Shown: in pieces, positions 9,104-18,085 of the stretch | How the letters are laid out: each line of letters starts with the position of its first letter | Position numbering within the stretch: the stretch's first letter is position 1 | NCBI GenBank assembly: GCA_035389185.1 | Contig: DAOORK010000001.1 | Location: forward strand, 65,006-129,005 | Length of the DNA stretch: 64,000 nt | Direction: 5' to 3' | Source: Candidatus Woesebacteria bacterium | Lineage (GTDB): Bacteria > Patescibacteriota > Microgenomatia > UBA1400 > MFAQ01 | Position numbers and translations under genes: made by a program | The notes under the pieces: model-generated | The model's database searches: none | What the model saw: only the letters and a program-made list of their open reading frames with translations | What the model was told of the DNA's origin: nothing

Positions 9104-9382
9104 TCATTTTTGTTTAGGTATAATTTCGGCTTCGTCTTCTATATCGATAGAGTTAACATCAGTCGGTATACTTTTGTGGTTTTTGTACCAGTCTGCCAAG
9201 ATAAAAGTAAGAGCAGGGAGAAGTACTTCGTCGAGAAAGGGAATCGGATCGACGACAAAAAAATCGGTAATAGCCAAAACGGCAAAGATAATGATCAAGA
9301 CAATGATGGTACGATCTTTTTTGTCTATGGGAATACGGCCAAGAATTTTATTACCAAAAAAGGTAATCAAATCTTTTTTCAT
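9104..9382 (-). CDS. Hypothetical small membrane protein (possibly DUF1232-like)
   Basis: Two hydrophobic segments and a DPIPFLDE motif. Overlapping plus-strand ORFs are compositionally poorer. The strand choice is uncertain. Confidence 0.4.
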   Translation of the reverse strand: MKKDLITFFGNKILGRIPIDKKDRTIIVLIIIFAVLAITDFFVVDPIPFLDEVLLPALTFILADWYKNHKSIPTDVNSIDIEDEAEIIPKQK

Positions 9383-9433
9383 TAAACCTCCTGTGATTTA
9401 AGGTACGTGGAGATTTTATCGCAGAGAAAGGGT

Positions 9434-10357
9434 TTAGGCAAGTTTTTCAAATTCGGAAAGGGTGAACTCAAGAACATCAGCAAGTTTGCCCTCCATGACT
9501 TCTTTGAGATTGTGCCATGATTTGCTCAGGCGATGGTCTGTAAGACGATTCTGGGGGTAGTTGTAGGTCTTAATTTTCTCGGAGCGCATACCTCGGCCAA
9601 TGGCTTGAGATCGCTGGTCGGATAGAGCACCCAAACGCTTATCGTCTTCGATTTGCCAAAGTTTTGAACGGAGAAGGTTAAGAGCAATTTCTTTGTTACG
9701 AACTTGATAGCGTTCTTCACGAACAAAGATAACAAGACCGGTCGGCTTATGAGTAAGGCGAACGGCAGTGCTGACTTTATTTACGTTTTGGCCCCCTGGA
9801 CCACCAGCTCTAGTAAACTGCCAATCAAGGTCTGACTCGGCAATTTCTACCTGAGTGGGTTTGACTTCCGGAAGAACGGCAACGGTTGCTGTGGATGTTT
9901 GAATACGTCCCTGAGCTTCGGTAACAGGTACGCGCTGGACTCGATGAACACCTGACTCATACTGGAAGGTTTCGTAGGCCCCGTGATTCCAAAGAGTACG
10001 GTTTGGACGGGAAAACTTAACGACACCGTCATCGATTGTCTCAACAGTAAAGCCCATTTCTTCGGCAAAACGAGTATACATACGAAGTAAATCTTCGGCA
10101 AAAATTTTTGATTCATCACCGCCAGCGGCTCCGCGAATTTCGACGATGGCAGGGGAGTCATTAAAGCTTTCACCGTTTTCTTCATCTTTTTCTGTATCTA
10201 CCTGAGAAGATGATTGCAGTGACTCAAACTGCCTTTGCAGTTTTTCAATCTCAGCTTTGGCTAAAGTACCCAGATCCGGATCATTTATTAAAGCTTGATT
10301 GGCGGCAATTTCGTTTTCGATGCGCGAAATTTCGGCGTGAAGATACGGGTTATCCAT
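9434..10357 (-). CDS. prfA: Peptide chain release factor 1
   Basis: GGQ motif ([20 protein letters not shown]) and PxT tripeptide context ([14 protein letters not shown]), which indicates RF1 rather than RF2. Shortened N-terminus (307 aa). Confidence 0.8.
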   Translation of the reverse strand: MDNPYLHAEISRIENEIAANQALINDPDLGTLAKAEIEKLQRQFESLQSSSQVDTEKDEENGESFNDSPAIVEIRGAAGGDESKIFAEDLLRMYTRFAEEMGFTVETIDDGVVKFSRPNRTLWNHGAYETFQYESGVHRVQRVPVTEAQGRIQTSTATVAVLPEVKPTQVEIAESDLDWQFTRAGGPGGQNVNKVSTAVRLTHKPTGLVIFVREERYQVRNKEIALNLLRSKLWQIEDDKRLGALSDQRSQAIGRGMRSEKIKTYNYPQNRLTDHRLSKSWHNLKEVMEGKLADVLEFTLSEFEKLA

Positions 10358-10475
10358 AAAGACGTATAAAGTATTATGTATTAAGTATTATGTATTGAGT
10401 ACAAAGTATCAAGGGCCCGCAAAAGAATACCCAGCTGTGAGGGGAAAGCAGAATATATACGGGAAGAAACTTTAT

Positions 10476-10805
10476 CTATTCAGCGGATTTCTCTTCGGCT
10501 TTGGCTTCGGCCTTTTTCTTGGCATCAAGCATCTCTCTAAGAGTTTGAGGTGTTTCGTTGGACTCTTTTTTATCTTTGCCCCTTTTAACGTAACCTGAAG
10601 CGGCTTGGCGTTTAGCAATAAATTTGTCTACGCGACCCATGGCATCGATGAATCTTTGGGTGCCGGTGAAGAAGGGATGACACTTGTTGCAAACGTCAAC
10701 ATGAAGAGTGCTGACAGTCCCACCCACAGTAAAGGTATTCCCGCAAGCGCAGGTAATGGTGGTTTCCATGTATTCTGGATGTAGATTCTGTTTCATAGCC
10801 TTCAT
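10476..10805 (-). CDS. rpmE: 50S ribosomal protein L31 with C-terminal basic extension
   Basis: The stretch NLHPEY...CACGNTF...VCNKCHPFFTG matches the L31 zinc-ribbon signature. Confidence 0.8.
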   Translation of the reverse strand: MKAMKQNLHPEYMETTITCACGNTFTVGGTVSTLHVDVCNKCHPFFTGTQRFIDAMGRVDKFIAKRQAASGYVKRGKDKKESNETPQTLREMLDAKKKAEAKAEEKSAE

Positions 10806-10864
10806 ATTGTATCACATGAGGCTAACTTTGGTACAAAAAACCGCCTCGATTGAGACGGTATAGC

Positions 10865-11011
10865 TTAGTGCCTTTTGGCAAGTGGAATAACGATAATTTT
10901 TCGTTTGGCGATAGATACTTTTGGTTTGGGTAGAGGAAATACCTTGATTTTTCGATGGGTAACCGAGGCCTTATGATTTTTCGTTTTGATGAACATACGT
11001 ATGTTCTTCAT
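10865..11011 (-). CDS. Small basic protein, ribosomal-protein-like (48 aa, possibly L28 family). Not in the supplied ORF track.
   Basis: ATG at 11011 is preceded by GGAGG 5 nt upstream. Translation is MKNIRMFIKTKNHKASVTHRKIKVFPLPKPKVSIAKRKIIVIPLAKRH. It sits immediately upstream of rpmE. Confidence 0.35.
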   Translation of the reverse strand: MKNIRMFIKTKNHKASVTHRKIKVFPLPKPKVSIAKRKIIVIPLAKRH

Positions 11012-11070
11012 ACATCCTCCTTAATTTGAAAGAACTGTTGTTGGGGATATTGTAGCAAATATTGACAAAA

Positions 11071-11943
11071 CTATCGTTTTTCGGAGATATAGACACCGAC
11101 GATGATGATCAGAGTAGCAAGAACAGTAATGGCAGAAATTGATTCTTTTAGCCAGATTAGAGCCAAGGGAATGGCAAAAATTGGTTTGAGATAGCCAAAT
11201 ACGGCAGCTTCCGAAGCTTCAATCCGTTTTTGACCTTCTTGAAGAGCCCAGAAGGCAACAATTGAACCAAAAACAGCCATGTAGAATATTCCCGGAAGGG
11301 CATTTGCTGAAAGAAGAAAACTGTTTCCAAGTGATGAGTTTACGACGTAAAAGAAGGGAATACTGATAAGAAAAGAGTAAAAGGAGAGAAAAATCGGGTC
11401 GAGTTTAAGTTTTTTACTCAGAATGAGAAAGATACTCCAGATGAGACAGCTGAGAATAATGAGAAAGTTTCCTTCGACTGAAAGTTGGACATGATTGTGT
11501 CCGGTGATAAACGGCTCGATGGCCACAAAAAGTGTGCCCAGTAACGCCAAAATAGCTCCTTTACGCTCCCTAGAGGTAATGTGTTCTCTGAGAAAAAGAT
11601 ACCCGAGAAGAATGGTAATGACGGGGTTGGTGGCTTCAATAAGGGAAGCGTCGACAGATGAGGTTAGGTTAAGACCGTTAAAAGAAAGAATCAGACAGAC
11701 AGGAGTACCAAGAAGCGCAACAAATAAAGTGCCAAGGTGGTTGATTGGATGCCGACAACGAGAACGATAAATTAGAAAAATGGGTAAGAATAAAAGAGTG
11801 GCAAAAAGATAACGATAAAAGAGAAATAATGAGGGGGAGGTAAACTGAAAAGAGTACTTAATAATGGGTACGGCAAAGCCCCAGAGTGCGGTGTTGAGAA
11901 TGAGAAGAAGATAGGCGATTGTGCGGCTTTTCGCTTTGGGCAT
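11071..11943 (-). CDS. EamA/DMT-family transporter (10 predicted TM helices)
   Basis: Highly hydrophobic 290-aa protein with duplicated 5-TM halves typical of the drug/metabolite transporter superfamily. Confidence 0.65.
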   Translation of the reverse strand: MPKAKSRTIAYLLLILNTALWGFAVPIIKYSFQFTSPSLFLFYRYLFATLLFLPIFLIYRSRCRHPINHLGTLFVALLGTPVCLILSFNGLNLTSSVDASLIEATNPVITILLGYLFLREHITSRERKGAILALLGTLFVAIEPFITGHNHVQLSVEGNFLIILSCLIWSIFLILSKKLKLDPIFLSFYSFLISIPFFYVVNSSLGNSFLLSANALPGIFYMAVFGSIVAFWALQEGQKRIEASEAAVFGYLKPIFAIPLALIWLKESISAITVLATLIIIVGVYISEKR

Positions 11944-11962
11944 TAAGCTATTTTAGCCTACT

Positions 11963-12592
11963 TTAGAGGACTTTGGCACGAGAAATGGAGAGTTTTCCTT
12001 GGTATAGTTTGACGATACCGAGAATAGTTTGGTCGGCACTAAGGTCTTCGAGTTTTACGGTTGATTTTTTGGAAAGAGTGAGGGTTTGATCTGTACCATT
12101 AATGTTTAAAGTGATGATTTTCTTTTTGGTGTCGACAGCAGTGACTTTGGCGACGACAGCGGTGGTAATCACCTGGTCGGAAGTATCTTCCTTGATGACA
12201 GTCACTTTTTTGGCTTGAACAATATCGTCTTTGACCGATGTGCCGATAACGATGACTTGGTCTCCGATGGCTAGAGAGGTAAGTTTGACGGTGACACCAT
12301 TTTTGGTGTAAACAGTTTTGGCGTTACTGGATACTTGAAGCAAGATACCTTGGGTATCGACAGTGAGATTATCTGATCCGATTGTCTTGACAATGCCGAC
12401 ATAGCCTACAAGGGTCTGAAGATCAACTTTTTCTTTAAGTTTGGCCTCAGTAGTAGAGATATTTTCCTGAACAAGGGTTTTGATTTTGTCTTGCATATCT
12501 GAAGTGGCCGAAGAAGTAGAGTCGATGGCGTAAACGGAACCAGAGGCAAATGTAACGATGGTTAGAAGGGCGATAATTATTTGTTTTTTCAT
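11963..12592 (-). CDS. Hypothetical secreted protein (signal peptide MKKQIIIALLTIVTFASGSVYA)
   Basis: A start at Met 12592 abuts the stop of the upstream gene. Thr/Val-rich beta-rich composition. Confidence 0.5.
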   Translation of the reverse strand: MKKQIIIALLTIVTFASGSVYAIDSTSSATSDMQDKIKTLVQENISTTEAKLKEKVDLQTLVGYVGIVKTIGSDNLTVDTQGILLQVSSNAKTVYTKNGVTVKLTSLAIGDQVIVIGTSVKDDIVQAKKVTVIKEDTSDQVITTAVVAKVTAVDTKKKIITLNINGTDQTLTLSKKSTVKLEDLSADQTILGIVKLYQGKLSISRAKVL

Positions 12593-12593
12593 A

Positions 12594-13025
12594 CTATTCA
12601 GGTAGGGAGGTGGTACGAATAACGGTGATTGACGCCGAAGAAGTGGCCATTCCAGAATCAACGGTAGTGACAGTTATGGTGTTTTCCCCGTTGATAAGAT
12701 TGATGTTAGCCGTAAAACCGCCATTTTTGTCGGCAACAGTGAGGATGTCATCGCTCTCAGTAATAATGGCGATATTGACGTTAGGTTTGGTGCTACCTTT
12801 GAGGATGGTCTTATCTTCGGTTATGACAGCATGATCTTGAGGAGTGATAAACAAGATGTCGGTATTATTTGCGGGTGTAGGTGTGGGAGGGTTGGAGTCT
12901 TTTTCTTGAGTTTCACTGTCTCCAATCAGTTTACTGGCTGAGTTGTTGGCAAGATTAAGACCATAGAGAATGATTCCTCCAAGGATGACACCAATAATGA
13001 CGGCTAGAATTACTTCTTTGCGCAT
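12594..13025 (-). CDS. Hypothetical membrane-anchored extracytoplasmic protein
   Basis: N-terminal TM helix (ILAVIIGVILGGIILYGL). Thr-rich Ig-like C-terminus. Confidence 0.5.
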   Translation of the reverse strand: MRKEVILAVIIGVILGGIILYGLNLANNSASKLIGDSETQEKDSNPPTPTPANNTDILFITPQDHAVITEDKTILKGSTKPNVNIAIITESDDILTVADKNGGFTANINLINGENTITVTTVDSGMATSSASITVIRTTSLPE

Positions 13026-13096
13026 AGGCTTTCGACTGAAGAATATCAGTTTAACACCATATTTGCAAGTTTTTGCTGAAAAACCTGTGTTAAGAT

Positions 13097-13768
13097 TTGT
13101 TTATGGAAATTACATATCTTGGTCACTCTTGTTTCAAATTAAAAAGTAAAAGCGGCATGACTTTAGTCATGGATCCTTTTAAAACGGAGAATGTCGGTTT
13201 GCCTTTGGCAAAAGAAGTGGCGGATATTGTAACAATCTCACACAATCATGACGACCACAATGCGATAGAAGTGGTGACCGGGCCGGTAATGCGTCAAAGT
13301 ACTTTTGTGATTGATAAAGAAGGGGAGTACGAAATTGGCGGAGTAGAGATATCGGCGATAAAAACATATCATGATAAAACCGAAGGATCGGAACGGGGGA
13401 AGAACCTAATTTCTTTTGTGAGAATGGATGGGGTGAATTTGCTGCACTTGGGAGATCTTGGACATCAGTTATCTGAGCAACAGATTGAAAAAATTGGTTC
13501 AGTGGATGTTTTAATGGTAAATGTCGGCGGAGTGACTTCTTTGGAGATAGAAGATGTAATGAAATTGATTGGTGATATCCAGCCGTCGTATGTCATTCCA
13601 ATGCACTACAAAGTACCCGGGATGTTGGAGGCTTGGGCAGCAAAGCACACACTTCAGGACTTTTTGGACAAAAATAAATATGTTGTTGCCGGCGAACAAG
13701 TACACAAGATGAAAGTTGAACCAACCAGTCTGCCCGATGATACTCAAGTACTAATAATGAATGCCTAA
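13097..13768 (+). CDS. Metal-dependent hydrolase, metallo-beta-lactamase fold (UPF0173-like)
   Basis: Motifs MEITYLGHSCFKL and ISHNHDDHN are characteristic of UPF0173/MBL-fold hydrolases. Confidence 0.7.
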   Translation: MFMEITYLGHSCFKLKSKSGMTLVMDPFKTENVGLPLAKEVADIVTISHNHDDHNAIEVVTGPVMRQSTFVIDKEGEYEIGGVEISAIKTYHDKTEGSERGKNLISFVRMDGVNLLHLGDLGHQLSEQQIEKIGSVDVLMVNVGGVTSLEIEDVMKLIGDIQPSYVIPMHYKVPGMLEAWAAKHTLQDFLDKNKYVVAGEQVHKMKVEPTSLPDDTQVLIMNA

Positions 13769-15071
13769 CAGCAGAATTCCACCACATTCTGACGAAGCCG
13801 AAAAATCTATTTTGGGGGCCATCTTGATTGATAAAGACGCAATTGTGGATATTGCCACAGTATTGCGTCCGGAGATGTTTTATAACAATAATAATGGCTC
13901 GATTTACGACGCGATGGTGTCTCTCTATGAAAATCGTGATCCAATTGACGTTTTGACTGTTGCTGATTGGCTTAAGAAAGCAAAGTTGCTGGATAAAATA
14001 GGAGGCAGAAAATATTTATCTGAGTTGTCCAATGAAGTCCCCGTGGCTTCTCACGCTGATAAATATGCACAAATTGTAAGAGAGACTTATATCAAACGCC
14101 AGTTGATTAGTGCCGGAGCAACAATGGGGGAAATGGGTTTTGACGAAAGTAAACCTTTAATTGAGATTTTGGACAAAGCGGAGCAGGAAATATATGCTCT
14201 ATCACAGACAAATATTAGCCGGTCTTTTGTGCCGATTAAAGATGCTTTGGCGGAAAGTTTTGATCGCCTGGATTCGTTACAGAACTCGCCAGATGGTTTA
14301 CGCGGTTGTCCAACCGGATTTGGCGATCTGGATAAGATGCTGGCCGGAATGCAGGACTCCAACTTGCTGATACTGGCCGCTCGTCCTGGTATCGGTAAAA
14401 CGACCTTTGCTACTAATATTGCTCAGTATGTGGCGGTAGAAAAAAAGATGCCCGTAGGGTACTTTGCTTTGGAAATGAGTAATTTGGAAATGGTTGACCG
14501 TATGTTGGTGTCTCAAGCTAACATTGATGCTTGGAAACTGAAAACAGGAAACTTGAAAGATGATGACTTTGCCCGTTTGTCCGAGGGAATGGGAGTATTG
14601 GCGGAGTCACCTCTGTACATCGACGATACACCTGGCCAGTCTATTTTGGAACTTCGTACCAAGGCTCGACGTCTACACTCGCAAGTTGGTTTGAAGTTGC
14701 TTGTGGTGGACTATTTGCAGTTGTGTGTGGGAGATAAAAGTTATGAAAGTCGGGTACAGGAGGTTGGTGCAATTTCTCAGGGTCTCAAGAATCTGGCTCG
14801 TGAACTCAGAATACCCGTTCTGGCTCTTTCTCAGCTTAATCGTGGTGTGGAAAGTAGAAATGATAAGACACCAATGCTGGCTGATTTGCGTGAGTCGGGG
14901 AGTATCGAACAGGACGCAGATGTGGTTATGTTCTTATATCGTAATGATGATAATAATCTGGAAGACGTGAAGTTGGCTATTGCCAAACACCGCAATGGTG
15001 CTTTGGGAACAATGGATCTTAAGTTTAGAGGTGATAGGGTGAAGTTTTATGGAGTAGAGAAGGGGAGGTAA
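13761..15071 (+). CDS. dnaB: Replicative DNA helicase DnaB
   Basis: DnaB N-terminal domain PPHSDEAEKSILGAILID. Walker A ILAARPGIGKTTFATNIA. RecA-like C-terminal domain. Confidence 0.9.
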   Translation: MPNSRIPPHSDEAEKSILGAILIDKDAIVDIATVLRPEMFYNNNNGSIYDAMVSLYENRDPIDVLTVADWLKKAKLLDKIGGRKYLSELSNEVPVASHADKYAQIVRETYIKRQLISAGATMGEMGFDESKPLIEILDKAEQEIYALSQTNISRSFVPIKDALAESFDRLDSLQNSPDGLRGCPTGFGDLDKMLAGMQDSNLLILAARPGIGKTTFATNIAQYVAVEKKMPVGYFALEMSNLEMVDRMLVSQANIDAWKLKTGNLKDDDFARLSEGMGVLAESPLYIDDTPGQSILELRTKARRLHSQVGLKLLVVDYLQLCVGDKSYESRVQEVGAISQGLKNLARELRIPVLALSQLNRGVESRNDKTPMLADLRESGSIEQDADVVMFLYRNDDNNLEDVKLAIAKHRNGALGTMDLKFRGDRVKFYGVEKGR

Positions 15072-15107
15072 TGCACTCCGTTTGTTCGATCCCCAACAGA
15101 ATATTAA

Positions 15108-15132
15108 AAATCTCTCCACAAGGGAGAGATTT
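15108..15132. terminator. Bidirectional terminator hairpin (ACAAG loop) between dnaB and tRNA-Leu
   Basis: Hairpin aaatctctcc-acaag-ggagagattt with flanking A- and T-runs. Confidence 0.55.
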
Positions 15133-15138
15133 TAAATA

Positions 15139-15221
15139 GTGCCGAGAGAGGGGATCGAACCCTCACGGCCTTGCGACCACAGGTTTTTGAGACCTGAGCG
15201 TATACCATTCCGCCATCTCGG
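15139..15221 (-). tRNA. tRNA-Leu (anticodon CAA), type II with long variable arm
   Basis: Reverse complement folds as acceptor GCCGAGA/TCTCGGC, anticodon stem CAGGT/ACCTG with loop CTCAAAA, variable arm TGGTCGCAAGGCCG, T-arm GAGGG-TTCGATC-CCCTC, discriminator A. CCA is not encoded. Confidence 0.8.
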
Positions 15222-15243
15222 CATTACTTATATTGTTACCCAA

Positions 15244-15302
15244 GCACGGCCTTGCGACCACAGGTTTTTTAAACCTCCGCGTTCACCATTCCGCCATCTC
15301 GG
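15244..15302 (-). pseudogene. Truncated duplicate of the 5' ~59 nt of tRNA-Leu(CAA) (no T-arm or 3' acceptor strand), with altered anticodon loop
   Basis: The sequence GCCGAGATGGCGGAATGGT..ACGC.GAGGTTTAAAAAACCTGTGGTCGCAAGGCCGTG is collinear with the full tRNA 22 nt away but ends before the T-arm. Confidence 0.5.
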
Positions 15303-15358
15303 CAACAAGCATATATTATACCTTAGTAAAGAAAATCCACCCTCGCGGGTGGATATTT

Positions 15359-16012
15359 TTAGGTATCTAGCATTCGAGAAAGTTCGGCCATCGACCGAAG
15401 AAGATTCTGTCTGGCTTGTTCCCCGTATTTATTCTGGAAATACTTTGTTATGTAGAGACTGCGGCGATCTAAATATTTTTTCAGAATATTCATTCTGCCT
15501 TTGGCAAAGTCAGCGTTGCTTACCCAGCCATATTCTTCACGGATAAAGACCGAGTTTTGATCAAAGTCAATCTGTGGAAGACCGAGAGGGGAGAGATCGA
15601 TATCGCAAATCAACTGCGCATCAATGTCGAGCGGCTCTTCGATGTGCCTTGTCGCCAAGACAAGATCAGAAACTTTTTGGGAAAACCCGACTGACAGATG
15701 GGCAGTTCGACAAGTACTGAAGGCTAGATCGGCACACATTTCTTCAATACCATGAATCTTGGTGTCATAGATGGCGTCATGGAACCAGATGGCAAGCTCT
15801 AAAGCCTTAGGATTAATGGCAAGGTGTTTGACAGCGTCAAATTCTTTTAGGCAGTGCTGAATATGATTGTCGAGGTTGTGATATCCGCGTTGAGGATGTG
15901 AGTATAAATGTTCAAGATCTTTGAGGATTATTGCTCGACTCAGCTTAATGTCTCCGAATGGAAGAGAATTACATAGTTTAATCCAGTGTTGTTCTAAATA
16001 ACTATTGTCCAT
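15359..16012 (-). CDS. HD-domain protein (putative metal-dependent phosphohydrolase)
   Basis: ELAIWFHDAIYD H..HD motif. The preferred start is ATG at 16012, which has an AAAGGA RBS. The ORF-track start at 16039 is GTG. Confidence 0.5.
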   Translation of the reverse strand: MDNSYLEQHWIKLCNSLPFGDIKLSRAIILKDLEHLYSHPQRGYHNLDNHIQHCLKEFDAVKHLAINPKALELAIWFHDAIYDTKIHGIEEMCADLAFSTCRTAHLSVGFSQKVSDLVLATRHIEEPLDIDAQLICDIDLSPLGLPQIDFDQNSVFIREEYGWVSNADFAKGRMNILKKYLDRRSLYITKYFQNKYGEQARQNLLRSMAELSRMLDT

Positions 16013-16022
16013 ATTTTCCTTT

Positions 16023-16529
16023 CTACTGAATATTGGCACGATAGAGAGTCTTTAGTCTTTCAAGAACTGGAAGTGACACGTAGTTGGAGACCACTTCTTC
16101 CCAACCATCAGGCCCAACAAGTCCTTTGACCATGCTGGAGCTAACCTCGCGAAGTTCTCGCGGGGGCATGAGAAAAAGAGTAGTAATTTGGGGATCAAGA
16201 TCGGTGTTGATGTTACACATCTCCGCTTCATCCTCGTAGTCCTTGGATGATCTTAGACCGCGAATGATGGTTTGGGCTCCGACTGATTTGGCATACTTGA
16301 CGAGAAATTGGTACGAAAAGCTTCTGATGGATATGTTAGAAATGTTTTGAGTCGAAAGGTAAAGCATATCCAGTCTATCGTTTTCGGTAAACAGACACTG
16401 TTTTTTTGGATTGGTACCGATAGCTACGATGAGCTTATCGAATATCGAAGCAGCTCTCTCGATCATCCAGAGATGACCAAGGGTTGGCGGATCGAAAGAT
16501 CCGGCGTAGATTGCAATTTTTTCTGCCAT
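16023..16529 (-). CDS. coaD: Phosphopantetheine adenylyltransferase
   Basis: IAIYAGSFDPPTLGHLWMIERA (GSFDPxTxGH nucleotidyltransferase signature). ~165 aa. Confidence 0.85.
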   Translation of the reverse strand: MAEKIAIYAGSFDPPTLGHLWMIERAASIFDKLIVAIGTNPKKQCLFTENDRLDMLYLSTQNISNISIRSFSYQFLVKYAKSVGAQTIIRGLRSSKDYEDEAEMCNINTDLDPQITTLFLMPPRELREVSSSMVKGLVGPDGWEEVVSNYVSLPVLERLKTLYRANIQ

Positions 16530-16637
16530 TTTTCTCCTTTATATGGGAATGTGCAAACTTTCAGGGATATTATAGAGCCCATAGGACTTTTATGCCATGG
16601 CTGTATTAAATATGAGGTTAGGAGTAAAATATGCTTC

Positions 16638-17198
16638 ATGATTGATGTGAACAAACTAAAGGTGGGCGTGACTTTTTCTGAGGAAGGTCAGCCTTTTAGG
16701 GTAATGAAGTATGACTTTACTAAGATGGGTAGGGGAAACGCCACCATTAAAGTAAAGGCCAAGAATCTTTTTAATGGTTCGATTGTGACCAAGGGATTTA
16801 TTTCCGGCAATATGGTCGAGGACATTACTTTGGACAAGAAACATTTGCAGTATCTTTACAAAGATGACGACAAGGCTTACTTTATGGATCCGGTTTCTTT
16901 TGAACAGTACGAAATTCCCATGGCCGTTTTGGGTGATGACGTGAAGTTCTTGGTGGAAGGGGAGAAGGTCTGGGTACTTTTTTGGGATGAAAGAATTTTA
17001 GGTGTAGAGTTAGCTGCTTCGGTAGTAATGGAAATTGTAGAGTCAGAGCCGGGTGCAAGAGGAAACACCGTCAGTAACGTTCTCAAACCGGCAACAACTG
17101 CATCAGGGCTCGTAGTAATGGTGCCTTTGTTTATCGGAGTGGGCGACAAGATTAAAATAAATACCGAGACTGGGGAGTATACCGCCAGAGCGAATTAA
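16638..17198 (+). CDS. efp: Elongation factor P
   Basis: MIDVNKLKVGVTFSEEGQPFRVMKYDFTKMGRGNATIKVKAKNLFNGS is collinear with the EF-P KOW/OB domains. ATG at 16638 with GGAG upstream. The upstream part of the track ORF is antisense to coaD. Confidence 0.85.
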   Translation: MIDVNKLKVGVTFSEEGQPFRVMKYDFTKMGRGNATIKVKAKNLFNGSIVTKGFISGNMVEDITLDKKHLQYLYKDDDKAYFMDPVSFEQYEIPMAVLGDDVKFLVEGEKVWVLFWDERILGVELAASVVMEIVESEPGARGNTVSNVLKPATTASGLVVMVPLFIGVGDKIKINTETGEYTARAN

Positions 17199-17216
17199 GA
17201 TAACTTCATTAAAAAA

Positions 17217-17234
17217 GACCCCTAGGAAGGGGTC
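17217..17234. terminator. Bidirectional terminator hairpin
   Basis: Hairpin gacccct-agga-aggggtc, A-run upstream, overlaps the stop of the minus-strand gene. Confidence 0.5.
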
Positions 17235-17569
17235 TGTGTCTTGTATGGCTTTGATTCGTCAACAAGTATTCCAAAGATATATGTTTTACCCAAGAGAGGG
17301 TGTGGTCTTTCGATAAGGGTCGCTTGTATGCTGAGAGTAACATCAACTTGTCCGTTGGAGAGTTTCTCTTCGTGGAGTCCAATATATTTCGGAAGTTTAA
17401 TAGGCTTACTGCGGAGATCTACCGCTTTCTTTTGGGGTTTAACCTTCAGACGTTTGTTCCATGTGTCGCAGATAGCGGTCATCTCATATTTTTCGGCCAG
17501 TTGAGCCATTCTTTTGCGAATATCGTCTGTGGACATACTCTTTGAGGGAATATATATAACTACAGGCAT
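17222..17569 (-). CDS. Hypothetical protein
   Basis: 115-aa ORF of balanced composition with a terminator hairpin at its end. No recognisable motif. Confidence 0.45.
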   Translation of the reverse strand: MPVVIYIPSKSMSTDDIRKRMAQLAEKYEMTAICDTWNKRLKVKPQKKAVDLRSKPIKLPKYIGLHEEKLSNGQVDVTLSIQATLIERPHPLLGKTYIFGILVDESKPYKTQTPS

Positions 17570-17616
17570 TGCGTACCTCCTTTTTAAAGATGCGATGAGC
17601 TTGAGGGTATTCTACA

Positions 17617-18063
17617 CTATTTCAAGAGCAAGACAAGAAGAATGACCAAGACCTGGGGAAGCAGACCCCAGAGCTTGTTCGGGGTTGAACGATGAACCCA
17701 AGCGTGAAGTTTGGCAAACTGTCTGATGGGGGTAAATTTCATGTCTAGGAATAAATAGGGGAACTCAAGAAAGTCGGGCAAGAGACCCACAAACCAGCCA
17801 AGCCAGATGTGCCAGTTTAACGGATGTCCGTTTTGGAAGATGATGTACACAAGTGCAAAAGAGAGAGGAAAGTCAAAAAAAAGTTCTTGGAGGAAGGCCG
17901 CCTTACGGGATTTTTTCCAGCCGGAAAGCCCCTGCCCAACATCCCAGTGAGGGATTCGGTCTTCAATATAGTGAGAAAGAAGAACAAGGGGAATACTTAT
18001 TAATGGGTTAGGAATCTTTGAGGCTATAAAAGCGCCTGTTGTACCATGGGCAATAGAAAGCAT
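17617..18063 (-). CDS. Hypothetical integral membrane protein (possibly DUF457-type membrane hydrolase)
   Basis: 4-5 predicted TM helices. His-containing motif HWDVGQG. Confidence 0.4.
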   Translation of the reverse strand: MLSIAHGTTGAFIASKIPNPLISIPLVLLSHYIEDRIPHWDVGQGLSGWKKSRKAAFLQELFFDFPLSFALVYIIFQNGHPLNWHIWLGWFVGLLPDFLEFPYLFLDMKFTPIRQFAKLHAWVHRSTPNKLWGLLPQVLVILLVLLLK

Positions 18064-18085
18064 AGTGGTTTTTAGTATACAATAA

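Noticed and set aside
9098-9401. Plus-strand ORFs 9098-9385 and 9174-9401
   Set aside because: They overlap the minus-strand ORF 9104-9382. The plus-strand translations are Phe/Lys-rich and low in information. The minus frame encodes a plausible two-TM protein. The strand remains uncertain, so confidence is low.
10395-10598. 67-aa plus-strand ORF in the prfA-rpmE spacer (LFGFGFGLFLGI...)
   Set aside because: Glycine/phenylalanine low-complexity. It overlaps the rpmE C-terminal coding region on the opposite strand. No RBS.
15139-15546. 135-aa plus-strand ORF with an internally repeated peptide (RPCDHRF...RHLG twice)
   Set aside because: It lies exactly over tRNA-Leu(CAA) and its truncated duplicate. 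The peptide repeat is just the translated tRNA repeat. No RBS.
16308-16637. N-terminal 110-aa extension of the efp ORF
   Set aside because: It is antisense to the 5' end of coaD and has no EF-P similarity. EF-P homology begins exactly at Met 16638, which has an RBS.
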